From IMG/VR virus record IMGVR_UViG_3300021142_000024, positions 1 through 64,000 of that record: a DNA stretch of 64,000 nt. One strand, 5' to 3'. The stretch's first letter is position 1, and every line of letters begins with the position of its first letter. Under the pieces are notes generated by a model. The model was given only the letters and a program-made list of their open reading frames with translations, had not been told where the DNA came from and searched no databases. This document shows, one piece after another, positions 30,270-41,759 of this stretch. The translations under genes and the position numbers were made by a program. This stretch comes from an uncultured virus (IMG/VR IMGVR_UViG_3300021142_000024) (Duplodnaviria > Heunggongvirae > Uroviricota > Caudoviricetes).

Positions 30270-30593
30270 ATGGCAAAGCTAACAAACAAATCTACAGGCG
30301 GAACAACATTCGGCGGTCACACAGTGACATGCTCAGTAAATGATCTTATACATATTATAGGAGAGCCTCAAGGCCAATACAATACTGGCAAGGATAAAAC
30401 CAACTTTGACTGGGATTGTGAAAATGATCTTGGCGAGGTATTCACAATATATGACTGGAAAGAGGGCAGAGTGTTGGATAAGAATGAGCCTATAGAGTTT
30501 CACATAGGAGCCCACTCAAAATCAGCGGCCTATCAGGCAATGATCGAGCTCAATGATCTGCTATTTCTCGCTACTAGGTCAGGACAGATCTAG
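30270..30593 (+). CDS. hypothetical early protein; the only well-supported plus-strand gene
   Basis: Behind an inverted promoter cassette; DKT..W...FTIYDWK...FHIG motif. Confidence 0.8.
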   Translation: MAKLTNKSTGGTTFGGHTVTCSVNDLIHIIGEPQGQYNTGKDKTNFDWDCENDLGEVFTIYDWKEGRVLDKNEPIEFHIGAHSKSAAYQAMIELNDLLFLATRSGQI

Positions 30594-30851
30594 ACATTAA
30601 AAAAAGAAATACCTGATAAATAATTTCTAAGTGTCAGGTATTTCTTTTACTTTTACCCTATCAAATTGCAACGCCAGCAATCACTGAAAGGTTCGGAGCT
30701 ACTTACCGAGGATGGGTATACTCCGCTCTGCGACTGACTTTAGACGATATTATAAAAACAAATATACTAGAAAATAGTGTCAAGTGTCAAAAATAAGGTG
30801 TACTTTTACATTGTGATTATGAGGAATTAGGAGGTATATGAGTAGGTTATA

Positions 30852-31097
30852 TTATTCTAAGATGATTATGTCCGAGCTCTTTTGAAAGCATCTCCACCCG
30901 TCTGCAATAAAATCATAAAAATTTACCACGCCCGTTTTTGGAGTTTTACGATCTCCACCCCTTTTGGCCTCTAATGGTAGTAGTTCTGGATTTGTTGTGC
31001 CTAGAGCCTCACGTAAAGTGCCGTCTACCTTTGTGAATTTAAAGTGCACCTTTTCAGAGCCTAGCCTATCGATTAGTATTTCAATTGTGTTTTTCAT
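30852..31097 (-). CDS. WYL-like SH3-fold protein (DUF2693-like)
   Basis: V.F.FTKVDGTLREA.GT...FYD....WRCF. Confidence 0.8.
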   Translation of the reverse strand: MKNTIEILIDRLGSEKVHFKFTKVDGTLREALGTTNPELLPLEAKRGGDRKTPKTGVVNFYDFIADGWRCFQKSSDIIILE

Positions 31098-31288
31098 ATA
31101 GTAAAAGTAAAAAGTAATTTTGATATTTAAAAGCTCTTTAGAATATATTTCTTTTTATAATATCAAATCTATTTTAGATTTACTCATTCCATTACCCCCT
31201 TCTACTTTCTTTTCACGTGCGTATAATCTAGAGATGATTATTATAATAGAGGATTTTAATTCAATTTAATTTTTATTTCTTTTTATTT

Positions 31289-31687
31289 TAAAAAAATACC
31301 TTTTTTATTTTCTGGTCTACCCAGATACCTTTTTTGTTTTTATAGTAAAAAATACTTTTTTTGTTTTCTGGATACTTTTTTTGTTTTTTCTCCAAAACTA
31401 GTATATTTATGAATGTAAGAGCAGTTGATTTATTATATAGTCTGCGTAGCAATTAGGCCACTGGTCCAGAGTAGCATAGCCCTAGCGCTTGGAAATGGAT
31501 GACACAGAAAAAAATAAATAGACCTCTCTTATAGACATTATATCACTGCAGGCCCACAAGGTGTATCTGATCTAGCTTCAGATCTCGTTGATGTCAATGA
31601 TCCTTGCTAAATAGGAAGTCAATCGGTAGAGACTATAAAAAAATACCTTTTTTATTTTCTGGTCTACCCAGATACCTTTTTTGTTTT
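31289..31687. repeat. 52-bp direct repeat (31289-31340, 31636-31687) plus ATACYTTTTTTRTTTT sub-repeats
   Basis: taaaaaaataccttttttattttctggtctacccagataccttttttgtttt occurs twice; the sub-repeat about six times. Confidence 0.88.
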
Positions 31688-32628
31688 ACCTTTGCAGGAG
31701 ACCTCCGGTGCCTGTTAAAAATTTTTTTTTACTAATACTAGATAGTATACATCATATCCAAATAACAGCATAGCTAATAGTGATATTACTATAATCATAT
31801 AGACTAATCGCTTTTCATCTCTGCGAAAGTACGTATACGCTGGAGTAAATAGTGTCGCTATACTTGCAAATAGAGTTATAAAATTAAAAATTAATATTAT
31901 TGTATTAATCGTGATAAGTAGTCCCATATTGATTTACGTGTTTTTTCTATAAAAATAATAAAAATTTTTTAAAAAAATAATAATTTTCGCAAGTTTACGC
32001 ATATTTATAGATAGAGAAGATTTATTAATTCACTCGAAAGATTAATTTTTTCCTGTGAGTTTCAAAGTCCTGGAACCCTCCCTCCCAGTTTCACTAAAAT
32101 CGCCTCTCTATAATCCCCTTCTTTATACCGATATTTTACACCTATTTACCTAATTTTTAAGAGATCGCCTCTTATACCTACTTTACTACTATTTCTATAG
32201 GATTTACCACGCCCCTATTTTTTTATTCTAAAAAATCTGTTATAATTAAATTTCTTTGATTTCTTTGGTTCTGCTAATGGACTTTCAAATAGAGTAATGC
32301 GGGCAGCTATTGTATTTGCAATGTCAAATATAACGTATCAGCACTAATCTCTAATACTTGAAATCTACCTCCTATAGAGTAGGCCTTTCTTATCCATCTA
32401 TATACTCTGATTGCACTTATTATATAAATTCCTATTAGGATCATTCTTGCTATTAATGGTGTCATGCCTTGTTTTTTTATTATAAATTATATTATTATAC
32501 TTCTTTTATAAACTCTCTGCTTTATTTATATCCTGGAGTGTTATTCTCTATACTAGTGATCTTATCTATATTATTCTTATAGTTATTGTTATAGATCTAT
32601 TTTAATTATGCTCTCCTTCTTTATTGTC

Positions 32629-32787
32629 TTACTCCTTGATTATTAATTCTGGATATGTCTCTATTATATTCACTATCTTATTTACTATTTCTTTTGGTCC
32701 AAATGTGGTTTTCCAATCAAACTCATCACTGACTTTATTAACCCACTCCATATACAATTTATATACCTTCTTTTCATCTATTTTCAT
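32629..32787 (-). CDS. 52-aa hypothetical protein (not in ORF track)
   Basis: MKIDEKKVYKLYMEWV...; ATGA-coupled to the upstream gene. Confidence 0.6.
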   Translation of the reverse strand: MKIDEKKVYKLYMEWVNKVSDEFDWKTTFGPKEIVNKIVNIIETYPELIIKE

Positions 32788-35185
32788 TTCATACTATTTT
32801 TTAGGTTCTCGATGGCTTGCGAGTTGGCTGAAAGTTCAGGGTATTCACCGCCTTCTACATAAGTAGGACACATTTCTACGGTAAAGTATTTATCTAAGTT
32901 ACTCACCACTTCGTCAATAGCCTCTTTTCGGGCTGCGTTGATGGCTTGCTCAAAGAAATAATCAAGTCCTTTTATCGGCTGTAAAATTGATTTGTTTCTT
33001 GCATCTTTTACGTATTCTTCTGCTGTTCTCATATCTTCTCCATTTTAGTTTTAACAATCTCCACCGCTCGTTTAGATTGTTTCTCTTGAATGAATAATGA
33101 GAAAAGTTCGGTGGTTGATGGCTCTAAACCCGACTTTGGATTAACCCACATTACCTTAAAATCTACATAAACCCACCCGTTCATACTACACCACTCTGCG
33201 AAGTATTGGCAGTCTGTCAGGGCTTGGGCGTAACCAATACGGTTGTCTTTAATTGATATTTCAGAAAGTATATATTCGCTCCCATCTAATGGGTACGCCT
33301 TATCGGCAAGCTGTTCATTGGTCATAACTTGTGTTGGTTTTTGAGGTTATGGCGTCTGTTCCTTTTTAGGTGACGCATGTACTTTATGTTATAGTTCCTA
33401 TGCCTGTTAAACCTGTTACAAATAAGACGCCCGTATTCTTTGTCTTGCTCGATGCAGTAAATCAATAGTTCATATGCTTGCTCTGAGTTCATCACTTTTG
33501 TTTTGCGGGTATAATCCCTCGTGATTGTAAATAGTTTCCTATGTCTGTATAGTTAAGTTCGGAATCGTTATTTTGCCAACCTTTTATGTAGCATTCATGT
33601 GCTTCGTTATAAGCCTCTCGTAGTGCTAGCTCCGCAAGGGGGAGCATTCGGTTGACTTCTTTTACTTTTACCCATTTAGGTAACTTATCCCAATCCTCAT
33701 TTATGAACCCAACCAAATAACTTGATCTTGAATATTCGCATTTTGCCATCTTCTCCGCCATTGATTTTAAACGTTCTGTGTGCTTATCCATTGTTAGACA
33801 TTTTATTTTGATAGTAAACAATTGCGGGAGATATACATAAAACAATTAAGCAACAAACGAATAGACATATATTTATGGTTTTATGTGTATAAAAATCTAT
33901 AGTGCTGAATAGTACAATAACAAATGAAAATATCGTTGCTACTATAAAAATAGATGCGATAATGTATCTGCCTTTCTTATCCATTTGCCCCTCCTTTGGT
34001 TTGTAGGTCTGATAATGCTTGCTTGTAACCTGCTACGTAAAAACTTTGAGGATATTTATATACGCTGTGCTCTTTAAAATATTCTTGAGACTTATTGTAT
34101 ATCTCTTCATCAGTAGGAATAGATGGTACACTTGACTTTAATTTACTATTGTAATAGTCTTTACAATGCTCACATTGTTCTTGACATGGTGCTTTACCTT
34201 CTATCTCCATTTGGCAATCAAATGATTTTTCGGACTTCTCTTGCAGTTGGACATCGCTCTGCTCTACCTGCTCTGTCCCGTATGTCGTGGCGAAGTACAT
34301 AGATGAATCATTTATATGACCATATACGCACCCTAACTTATTACGCAGGTCGGCTACTAAACCATGTAATGAAGGCTCGTATTGTTTGGGCTGCTCCATC
34401 GGTATCATCGGGTCGGGGGAAATACATGTTGACATTTCTTCTACAAGAACGCTATTCCCCGTTTCTGCATGTAGTTTTCTTATATCGGCATGATATTCAG
34501 AAAACGATTTGTTGGTCATATACTCCATGGGGCATGTAGCAAATGGCTTACCAACGGTTTCCCATTTTTCATTACACTCATAAGATACAATGCCACTTGT
34601 TGATGTGTAGACTATAATGCGTCTGCCATCGTTAAATTGAAATGCGCTTTGCATTATTGATAGTTCTTTTTGTTCCATTAGTTTGTGTGTTTTATGTGTG
34701 ATGATTATACTTCTTCGTATGTACCTTTAAATATATCGGGCTTGCACGGATAAAATTCTCCTGCTATCCCTTTTATTACATAGTCTCCAAATGATGCCAA
34801 GTGAGTACCTTCTAGTGTTTTTATTTCGATACCCCCACGAGCACGAACAATATCAAGATACATATCCCATGCATCGGATGCAGAAGCGCATGAATTTTTA
34901 TCAAGCACGCCATTCTGTATAAATTTTTGCACACTCGCTATTGATTCTGCGGTATGCGTTAGCAATATCGCCTCAATTACTACGGGCTTTTTTCTGTACT
35001 GTTTTGCTACTGTCATATTCCCTATTTTTTATCCGCTACTTGCGGGTTACTTACCTTGTTTTAGCTGTTCACGAATACGGTTTGCTGCGGTTTAACCACC
35101 TCATAAAAAGCGGTCATCTTACCTTTCATTATCGAATGGACTTCATCCGTGGTGAATATCTTAGAGTGGCGCATGGGTGGTGAGT
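32784..35185 (-). other. GC-richer island of about 8 small, tightly coupled hypothetical genes
   Basis: Two sampled 60-nt lines are 45-50% GC against visibly AT-rich flanks; ORFs 32784, 33029, 33322-33492 (unannotated), 33492, 33784, 33977, 34705. Confidence 0.7.
34705..35016 (-). CDS. conserved phage protein (YRKKPVVIEA family)
   Basis: YRKKPVVIEA...IKTLEG...GDYVIKG..GEFYPCKPDIF..TYE. Confidence 0.85.
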   Translation of the reverse strand: MTVAKQYRKKPVVIEAILLTHTAESIASVQKFIQNGVLDKNSCASASDAWDMYLDIVRARGGIEIKTLEGTHLASFGDYVIKGIAGEFYPCKPDIFKGTYEEV

Positions 35186-35247
35186 TAATTATTATGATGT
35201 AAAAGTACAACTATTTTTTGATAAAAAAAACTTTTTATAAAATATTT

Positions 35248-35934
35248 TTATGACAAATATTCAGAAAGATTAATAGCTGCCCGTTTTGCCTCTTCTAAAG
35301 TCTCTATTATTTTACTACCTCGTTTTCTAAATGGAATATAATCACATATATTTTTATCATCACTATCACTATTATTCATATCATACTCAAATCCAGCCCA
35401 CTCCCACTCTTCGAAATCTTCTTCTTTTGGAATATATGTCTCTTCAAATAATTTATCTCCTATATAAAATGGCGCACCTCCTCTATGTGTAAATCCATAA
35501 TATGCCTCAAGTTTTTCATTATCATATATCTCTGCTACTCCAATAGGGTAATCTTGGCAAACTTTAAAATTATTTTTATAATAAAACCAACCAATAGTGG
35601 CATCGCCTATATAATTACCATCTGCAGTTACAAAACTATCATATAAGTAAAATATTTCTGGATTAGTCGAATGAGACAAAAATGGATCTTCAATTTTATA
35701 ATCCCTAATAAATCCACCAGTTTTAGTCTCTATTAAATGTACTTTTTCTTTATTAAGAATCATTTTACTAGTTGTCTTAGAGAGTTTTGTGGGCATTATT
35801 CTACTTACAAGTTTAGTAAATCCAAGATCTAAATGAATTTTATTTAGCACACCATCTGAAATACTCGTATAATGTGGATATTTTTCAAATTTCAATACTA
35901 TTCTACCTTGATAAACTGTTTGGTTTTTAATCAT
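35248..35934 (-). CDS. hypothetical protein
   Basis: 228 aa ORF, YYGFTHRG..FYIGD motif. Confidence 0.7.
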   Translation of the reverse strand: MIKNQTVYQGRIVLKFEKYPHYTSISDGVLNKIHLDLGFTKLVSRIMPTKLSKTTSKMILNKEKVHLIETKTGGFIRDYKIEDPFLSHSTNPEIFYLYDSFVTADGNYIGDATIGWFYYKNNFKVCQDYPIGVAEIYDNEKLEAYYGFTHRGGAPFYIGDKLFEETYIPKEEDFEEWEWAGFEYDMNNSDSDDKNICDYIPFRKRGSKIIETLEEAKRAAINLSEYLS

Positions 35935-36489
35935 CTTTTTTTATTTTATTTATTATTAATATTATTTTATATGTGTCTCTGAAATAACTTCAAAATCACT
36001 ATCTGAAATTTTTCTAATATCTAAATTCATATATTTTTATTTATAGATTCACTTGAAATTTAAATTAAATTTAGATGCTATTCTTGATCATCTAATACTC
36101 TATAATATAATACTTTGATTTTATTATTTAAATAGCAAATTTAATAATCTGGATAGCTTTAATTTAGTTTAAGAGTATATTATAATGACAATTTACTAAT
36201 AAAAGTACTTATTGGTACACATTTTATTTTATTATCATTTTGAATTGTATAATTTACAAAAACACTCGTATGACCAACAAATATAGAAGTAACTGTCTTA
36301 TCTTTATAAATAGAGCCAATTTTAATCAAAATCATGGTTTTATTATTATGATCTGGATAATATACTCTTTCATACTGATCAGTTTTATGTTTAAGTGGCC
36401 AATAGATCGGTGTAGATTGGTATTTAATATTGCTCATAAAGTAAAAGTATTATATTATTGATTAGAGATAAAGTCTAAATTTTAAGTAT

Positions 36490-36522
36490 AAAAAAAAGAC
36501 CTACTTTTTTTGTAGGTCTTTT
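36490..36522 (-). terminator. intrinsic terminator
   Basis: AAAAGACCTAC-loop-GTAGGTCTTTT inverted repeat. Confidence 0.75.
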
Positions 36523-36548
36523 AATAAGTATTGTCTCTTTTTTATTAA

Positions 36549-36794
36549 TTAGTTAATCTCAGAGACTATTTCAGCATTTTGCTTACGATTACGAGCCATA
36601 TTAAAAATATGATTCATAATGCGAGTATTAAACTGCTTACCACTTACTACATCACTCACATGTGTAATAGAATAACCAGTACGCTCTGCTGTAAGAGTAA
36701 TATCACCATTACGGAGACGGCGATTAGCGATGATCGCTTTTTGAATGTAAGAACGAGTCTTGTACTGCTTTGGACGATTTGTTTGATTCCTCAT
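36549..36794 (-). CDS. basic HTH-like protein
   Basis: LTAERTGYSITHVSDVVSG helix-turn-helix pattern. Confidence 0.55.
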   Translation of the reverse strand: MRNQTNRPKQYKTRSYIQKAIIANRRLRNGDITLTAERTGYSITHVSDVVSGKQFNTRIMNHIFNMARNRKQNAEIVSEIN

Positions 36795-37969
36795 TTTTTT
36801 GAGTTTTTATGTGTTAAAAATAGATTACAATACAAAAGTAAAAATAATAGATGAGATATAAAAACTTATTTTCTAAGTATAGTATTAATTTACTACTCTT
36901 TTATTTTTATAAAATTTCATATTTTCTACAAGATCATCCAAAAATTTTTCAAATTTAGACCTTAATGCATCATTTGGATCTCCTTCAGTAGATTCAATAA
37001 ATTGTTTAAATGAATAAATGTCTACTTCAAATCTGGCTATTCCATTTTCACTAAAAAATGTGGAGACTGTTTCTTGTGGAAATTCGATGTGATTGTTCAT
37101 AACTTTTAATTTTTAGTTTATTGGTTTAAAATACCGTATTTTATTTTTAGGGTATCTATATAATATTTTATAGCCCTGTCTGGATTAGAAGATTTTATAT
37201 TCGATCCTGAATTTGTATTATTAAGACACTCAGAATATCCTAATAGATATGCATATTCCATAGATATTCTTATTTGATCTATTAATTCTTCAGGAGAAAT
37301 TACCTTATTATTATCTTCCATAAAATATAATTTTATTCTTCATCATGTAATATTAAATTATTACTCATATTACCTCCAGACTCTTCAAGATTTTTTTTAC
37401 CCTTATTAATAAGTTCTATAATTTTTTTCTTGATCTCTTTTAGAGAAGTTGCATATTGTTTTACTTGCTCTTGTTCGTAGTCTGGTAATGTGCTTATAGC
37501 TTCTTTAATATTTGACATACAGATAAATTATTTTTTAATAAATATCTGAATTTGATGATATAGATTTAAGTCTCTGTATTTCTTGAGCTATTTTAGGATC
37601 TCTTATGATCTCTATTGAAGAGACTTCATTGCTCTCTGTGCCTTCTATAACTATTAATCCTGTAAATTTAGATGTTTCTGAGTGATTTACGCATGTGGTT
37701 TTATATCCCAATGCTGCTCTTTTTGGATGTATTTCTACATTACAAACTTTACAATAGTACTTATTCTCTAATTCTTGCTGCATACTTATTCAAAACTGAT
37801 TTAAAATATAAAATTAAATAAAAATTTTGTAAATAAAAAATTTAACTTTTGTGTTTATTTTGATAATACTTTAATATTTTTTTATTTTTACGTGATATTG
37901 AAAGTATAATTATTGTTAAAATGAATATTATATATACAAAATAAGACATAATGAATTCCATATTTAATA

Positions 37970-38275
37970 TTATTTATGGTTTATCATAAAAGTTAAGATA
38001 GATTTCTGTAATTCTGTTAATGCTCTTGTATTATCTTCTATAAGTTTAGCTAATCTATCACGCTCTTCTATAAGTAAATTCGTCATATCTAATTGTACTT
38101 TGTCTATCTTTTGCTCTAATTGCGCATTTCTCTCTACTAATTTTTGATATTGATGAAATGCAACCCAGGCAAGTATAACAGTAATTATCCCTAATATTCC
38201 ATATTGTAATACATAGTTCTGATAAGAACTAAGTGGATTAGGCATCGGTGTTATATTAGATTGTAATATTATCAT
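37970..38275 (-). CDS. BhlA/UviB-like holin-type membrane protein
   Basis: QYGILG + single TM + coiled coil. Confidence 0.5.
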   Translation of the reverse strand: MIILQSNITPMPNPLSSYQNYVLQYGILGIITVILAWVAFHQYQKLVERNAQLEQKIDKVQLDMTNLLIEERDRLAKLIEDNTRALTELQKSILTFMINHK

Positions 38276-38743
38276 GGTAAATTCTTATAATAATAAATAT
38301 TATCATTATTTAGAAAAAACCAAAATGTACTACTTTTATTTAGGAATTTCACTCTTTAAAAGACCATTAACATAAAATTTAAAATTTCCAATATCTATCT
38401 TTATTCCATTAAAAGTTATATATAAAGAAAATAAAATATACGCTAAGAGTCTTAAAAGATTTCCCTTATTGATCTTTTTCAAATCTATCGTATTTTATGA
38501 GTCATTGCTAATTGCCTAAATGTAATAGGCACTCTTGAACTTACATTATAATCAATAGCCCATTTATTAAAATCTGGTCTATTTTCTGGTTCACATGTCC
38601 TAAACCCAATTGAATTTGATAAAATTGATTGACCTTTTGCTGGAATTCCAAAGAAAAATTCTGTGATTTTATATTTCATAACCTTAATTTTTAACAAAAG
38701 TACAAATTAAAATTGAAGAATAGAAATCTATCTTTTAAGTAGA

Positions 38744-40039
38744 CTATTGGTAATCTATAAGATCTTCTGGTAGTGGATTTTTATCATCTTTTATAGGCTC
38801 TTGAACTTTTTCTGCTAATTGTCCAATTCCCAAACTTTTAAGATGTTCTAAATAAAAATCATCTATTTTATAAAAGCTTTCAGATTCTTGTGGTGCATCT
38901 GGAGACTCTGGAGCAGTACCTTGTAATATTTGTCGTTTATTTCTATTAGTAAAATCTAAAGCTAGTATAAAAGCACAATTATAACATACCCATCTTAAAT
39001 TACTTTCAGTCCAATCAGAACGATCTCCATTGATAAAATTTATCATTAGGGGCATCTTCATATCAATAGGTCTTTTAGAACAATATCCGCACTCACTACA
39101 AGAATATCCAAGTCTACCATCTTTCATAAGTCTTGAGGCTAATTGATCAATTCTTTTAGGAGTGGCAGTTTGACCTTTAATTAATTGATATCCTAATTCT
39201 ACAAATTGAAAACTATTTTTAGTCTTTTTAGTTCTTGCTTTTGGTATACCTGTACCATTTGATAAATGCAAATTAAATAAAGATCTACCCGTCTGTTGAT
39301 CAATATACATTTTTGCATACTTTTTCCAAGTCTTATATGATACTCTCAGCCATTGAGCCGCCTCTTTATTAGACCTAGTATTACGCATAGCGCCTCGAAT
39401 AATCTCTTCAGATAATTCAAGTCCTTTATATTTCCAATTATCTGGGCGCTCGCTCATTGGTGGGAGATTTTCAGATGTGAATTTCTGCTTTTCCCATTTC
39501 TCTTTTATTTCAGCCGCCTTTTGAGGATCGTAATTTTTAAATTTCTCTTTTCTTAGTTTATACTTTTCAAATGAGTATTTCTTCCACTTTTGATATTGTA
39601 TTTCAAAAAGACTTAATTTAGTCTCTTCATCTATAATAGCAGATGCACATTTCTTATATACATATGGTGAAGCCCCTAAAATTTCTGCAGCCTGTTTATT
39701 ACATAAAGTAACAGACATCGCATATCTTATCTCCTCTTCAGTAAACTCATTCTTATCATGATAGCTTTTATAGGTTCTTATTGGTTTTTTACCTATTTCT
39801 TGAGCTTTAGCTAAAAGTAAATTTCTATTTTGTAATTCTAAAAGATTTAACCCAGTATCTGGATCTAAATATTTTTTTGCGTAATTTTTAAATCTATCTG
39901 TAGATACATTAAGATATGCAGCGGCTTTATAAATATAATTACTATGATTTATAGCCTCTCTTATTTTAGATTCTGGAATAACTAATTTAGCATTACGATC
40001 CTTAAGAGCCTGTCTAGGATCTTGGAATAAGTCTGCCAT
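38744..40039 (-). CDS. protein with three tandem HTH-like repeats and a C-terminal HNH-like Zn domain
   Basis: 3 x IR.A...(S/C)N..AA..L.(V/A)S....K.(Y/C)A...(L/I)D..T...L; CSEC...NGDRSDW..SNLRWVCYNC. Confidence 0.65.
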   Translation of the reverse strand: MADLFQDPRQALKDRNAKLVIPESKIREAINHSNYIYKAAAYLNVSTDRFKNYAKKYLDPDTGLNLLELQNRNLLLAKAQEIGKKPIRTYKSYHDKNEFTEEEIRYAMSVTLCNKQAAEILGASPYVYKKCASAIIDEETKLSLFEIQYQKWKKYSFEKYKLRKEKFKNYDPQKAAEIKEKWEKQKFTSENLPPMSERPDNWKYKGLELSEEIIRGAMRNTRSNKEAAQWLRVSYKTWKKYAKMYIDQQTGRSLFNLHLSNGTGIPKARTKKTKNSFQFVELGYQLIKGQTATPKRIDQLASRLMKDGRLGYSCSECGYCSKRPIDMKMPLMINFINGDRSDWTESNLRWVCYNCAFILALDFTNRNKRQILQGTAPESPDAPQESESFYKIDDFYLEHLKSLGIGQLAEKVQEPIKDDKNPLPEDLIDYQ

Positions 40040-41160
40040 AAAATCTCTATTTATTTATTTTAGGATTAATTTTTATCATTAAATCCCAAAGATCATAAGG
40101 ACTTTTAAATTCTATATGATTACCAAATGTGTCTACTAACGCTAGAGAATTACCATCTTCATCCATACGTTCCCAAAGATAAAAGCTAATTAGATCATAA
40201 CATTCAGGTCCATAACTCATAAGAAGTAGATAATCAATAATACTATAAAACTTTTCATCATATTTAGCAGTATCTATTTCTAGATCTGAGTATGCTATAT
40301 TTGATCTTACTATAGCCTCATCTATCATATTTATGATCATTACAAAGATCTCCCTCTTCTTTTCAATCCCACCTCTTTGCGCCTTTCTTTTAATAAATGA
40401 TTGTATATTCAATATAGAATTTACTGCCTCTTGTATTTGCTTATATTCTTCCATGACCTTTTACTTTTTTAACGGGATTTTTTTCTGCTTGTCTTTTATC
40501 TCTTGTATCAACCATGCTATTTTTTTACAAGTATCATAGTCCTCTTGAGTAACATACATAGCTAATATTGATTCTAATGCAGAGATCCAATTATTTTTAT
40601 GAATTTCTATATAAGATGTAGAGTCATTTATTTCAAATAAAGTTGCAAATATTTTATTAGACTTATGAGCATCTTCTATTGCTATAGGAGTTCTCTCTTT
40701 AAGCATATCTAAAAATTGCTGAGATTTTACTATATCTTCCGCAGTCAATTCCTGTATATTGTCAAATATTGCCCTAATTATTTTATCTTTTTTTGCTAAA
40801 GCCATAACTAATACTATTTGATTTATTTTGAACCTTTAAGTATATTAATCAACATATTAGTGATTGAATTTAATGGCACAATAAATCCTATAACATTTTT
40901 ATAAGGAGTTCTGTCATCAAAATCCACCATTAATCCAGCATCACCAAATCTTTTTTGAAGAGCTGTTGATATTTTCTCAGTTAAATCTTGTTTTTCTTTT
41001 GGATCCATTTCATCTGAATCTAATATGAATTGCATCTTAACTCCTCTCTTAGTCTCATTAGTATTTAAATCAAACTGAAGACCTAATTTTTTACCAGCTA
41101 TATTTACTGATGTTCTTGGTTTTGGTATTATATTATCCATGTAATTTTTATTATAAATAT

Positions 41161-41712
41161 TTAAATTATCTCATCAATCAATCCTAATTTAAGAGCCTCT
41201 TTTGGAGATATATACCACTCTTCTTTTCTGAGTTTAATATCATCAAGTTTCTTCTTTGGTATTTTAGAGCGTTCTAAAATAATAGAATCATACATATCTT
41301 GTAATCTATGACCCTCTTCAACTTCTTTATGATGAGTACTAAGTTTTGTGTCAGATCCTATTCCCCAAGAGACTTCATGATACATTAAAGTAGATCTTTT
41401 TGACATTGATCTATGATGTCCTACACATAATATTGGTAGTGCCATAGATTGAGCTTGACCTAATATAGTAATATGTACTGGTATTTTTGAAAGTTCAATA
41501 CAATCTATAAGTCCAAATCCTCTATAGACTTCTCCACCCTGTGAATTTATTATTAATTTTATAGGTTCTAATTTTTCAATAGGTACATTAGAATCTAATT
41601 CATTAATTTCTAATATTTGAGATATACAGTCATTTACATTCTCATCATCAATATCTCCTAAAACCACTATTCTACTTTGAGGTTTTTCCTCTTTTTTATT
41701 TTTAGAACTCAT
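41161..41712 (-). CDS. clpP: ClpP-like protease subunit
   Basis: INSQGG, GQAQSMA (Ser), MYHE (His), EALKLGLIDEI. Confidence 0.88.
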   Translation of the reverse strand: MSSKNKKEEKPQSRIVVLGDIDDENVNDCISQILEINELDSNVPIEKLEPIKLIINSQGGEVYRGFGLIDCIELSKIPVHITILGQAQSMALPILCVGHHRSMSKRSTLMYHEVSWGIGSDTKLSTHHKEVEEGHRLQDMYDSIILERSKIPKKKLDDIKLRKEEWYISPKEALKLGLIDEII

Positions 41713-41759
41713 ATGATATTAATTTAGATAATAAGAACATATTAAATAATAATGAAATT

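Larger units (their letters stand above)
21467..31150. promoter_or_regulatory. array of about 20 repeated early promoter/leader cassettes (about 75-100 bp each)
   Basis: Consensus AAATAYCTGA..AAAAG...TCAAAA.AAT...TTACTTTTACA.CACACTAAACAACTAAAAGATATG upstream of genes starting at 21467, 22251, 23235, 23519, 24573, 26065, 26412, 26773, 27287, 27459, 28045, 28540, 29154, 29455, 29778, 30102, 31097 (minus); plus-strand copies near 30200-30270, 30605-30660, 30760-30812. Confidence 0.88.

Noticed and set aside
21467..30270. Repeated intergenic elements as a CRISPR array or integron attC sites
   Set aside because: Repeats are long, degenerate and promoter-like, are separated by whole genes, and no cas operon or integrase is present in the window.
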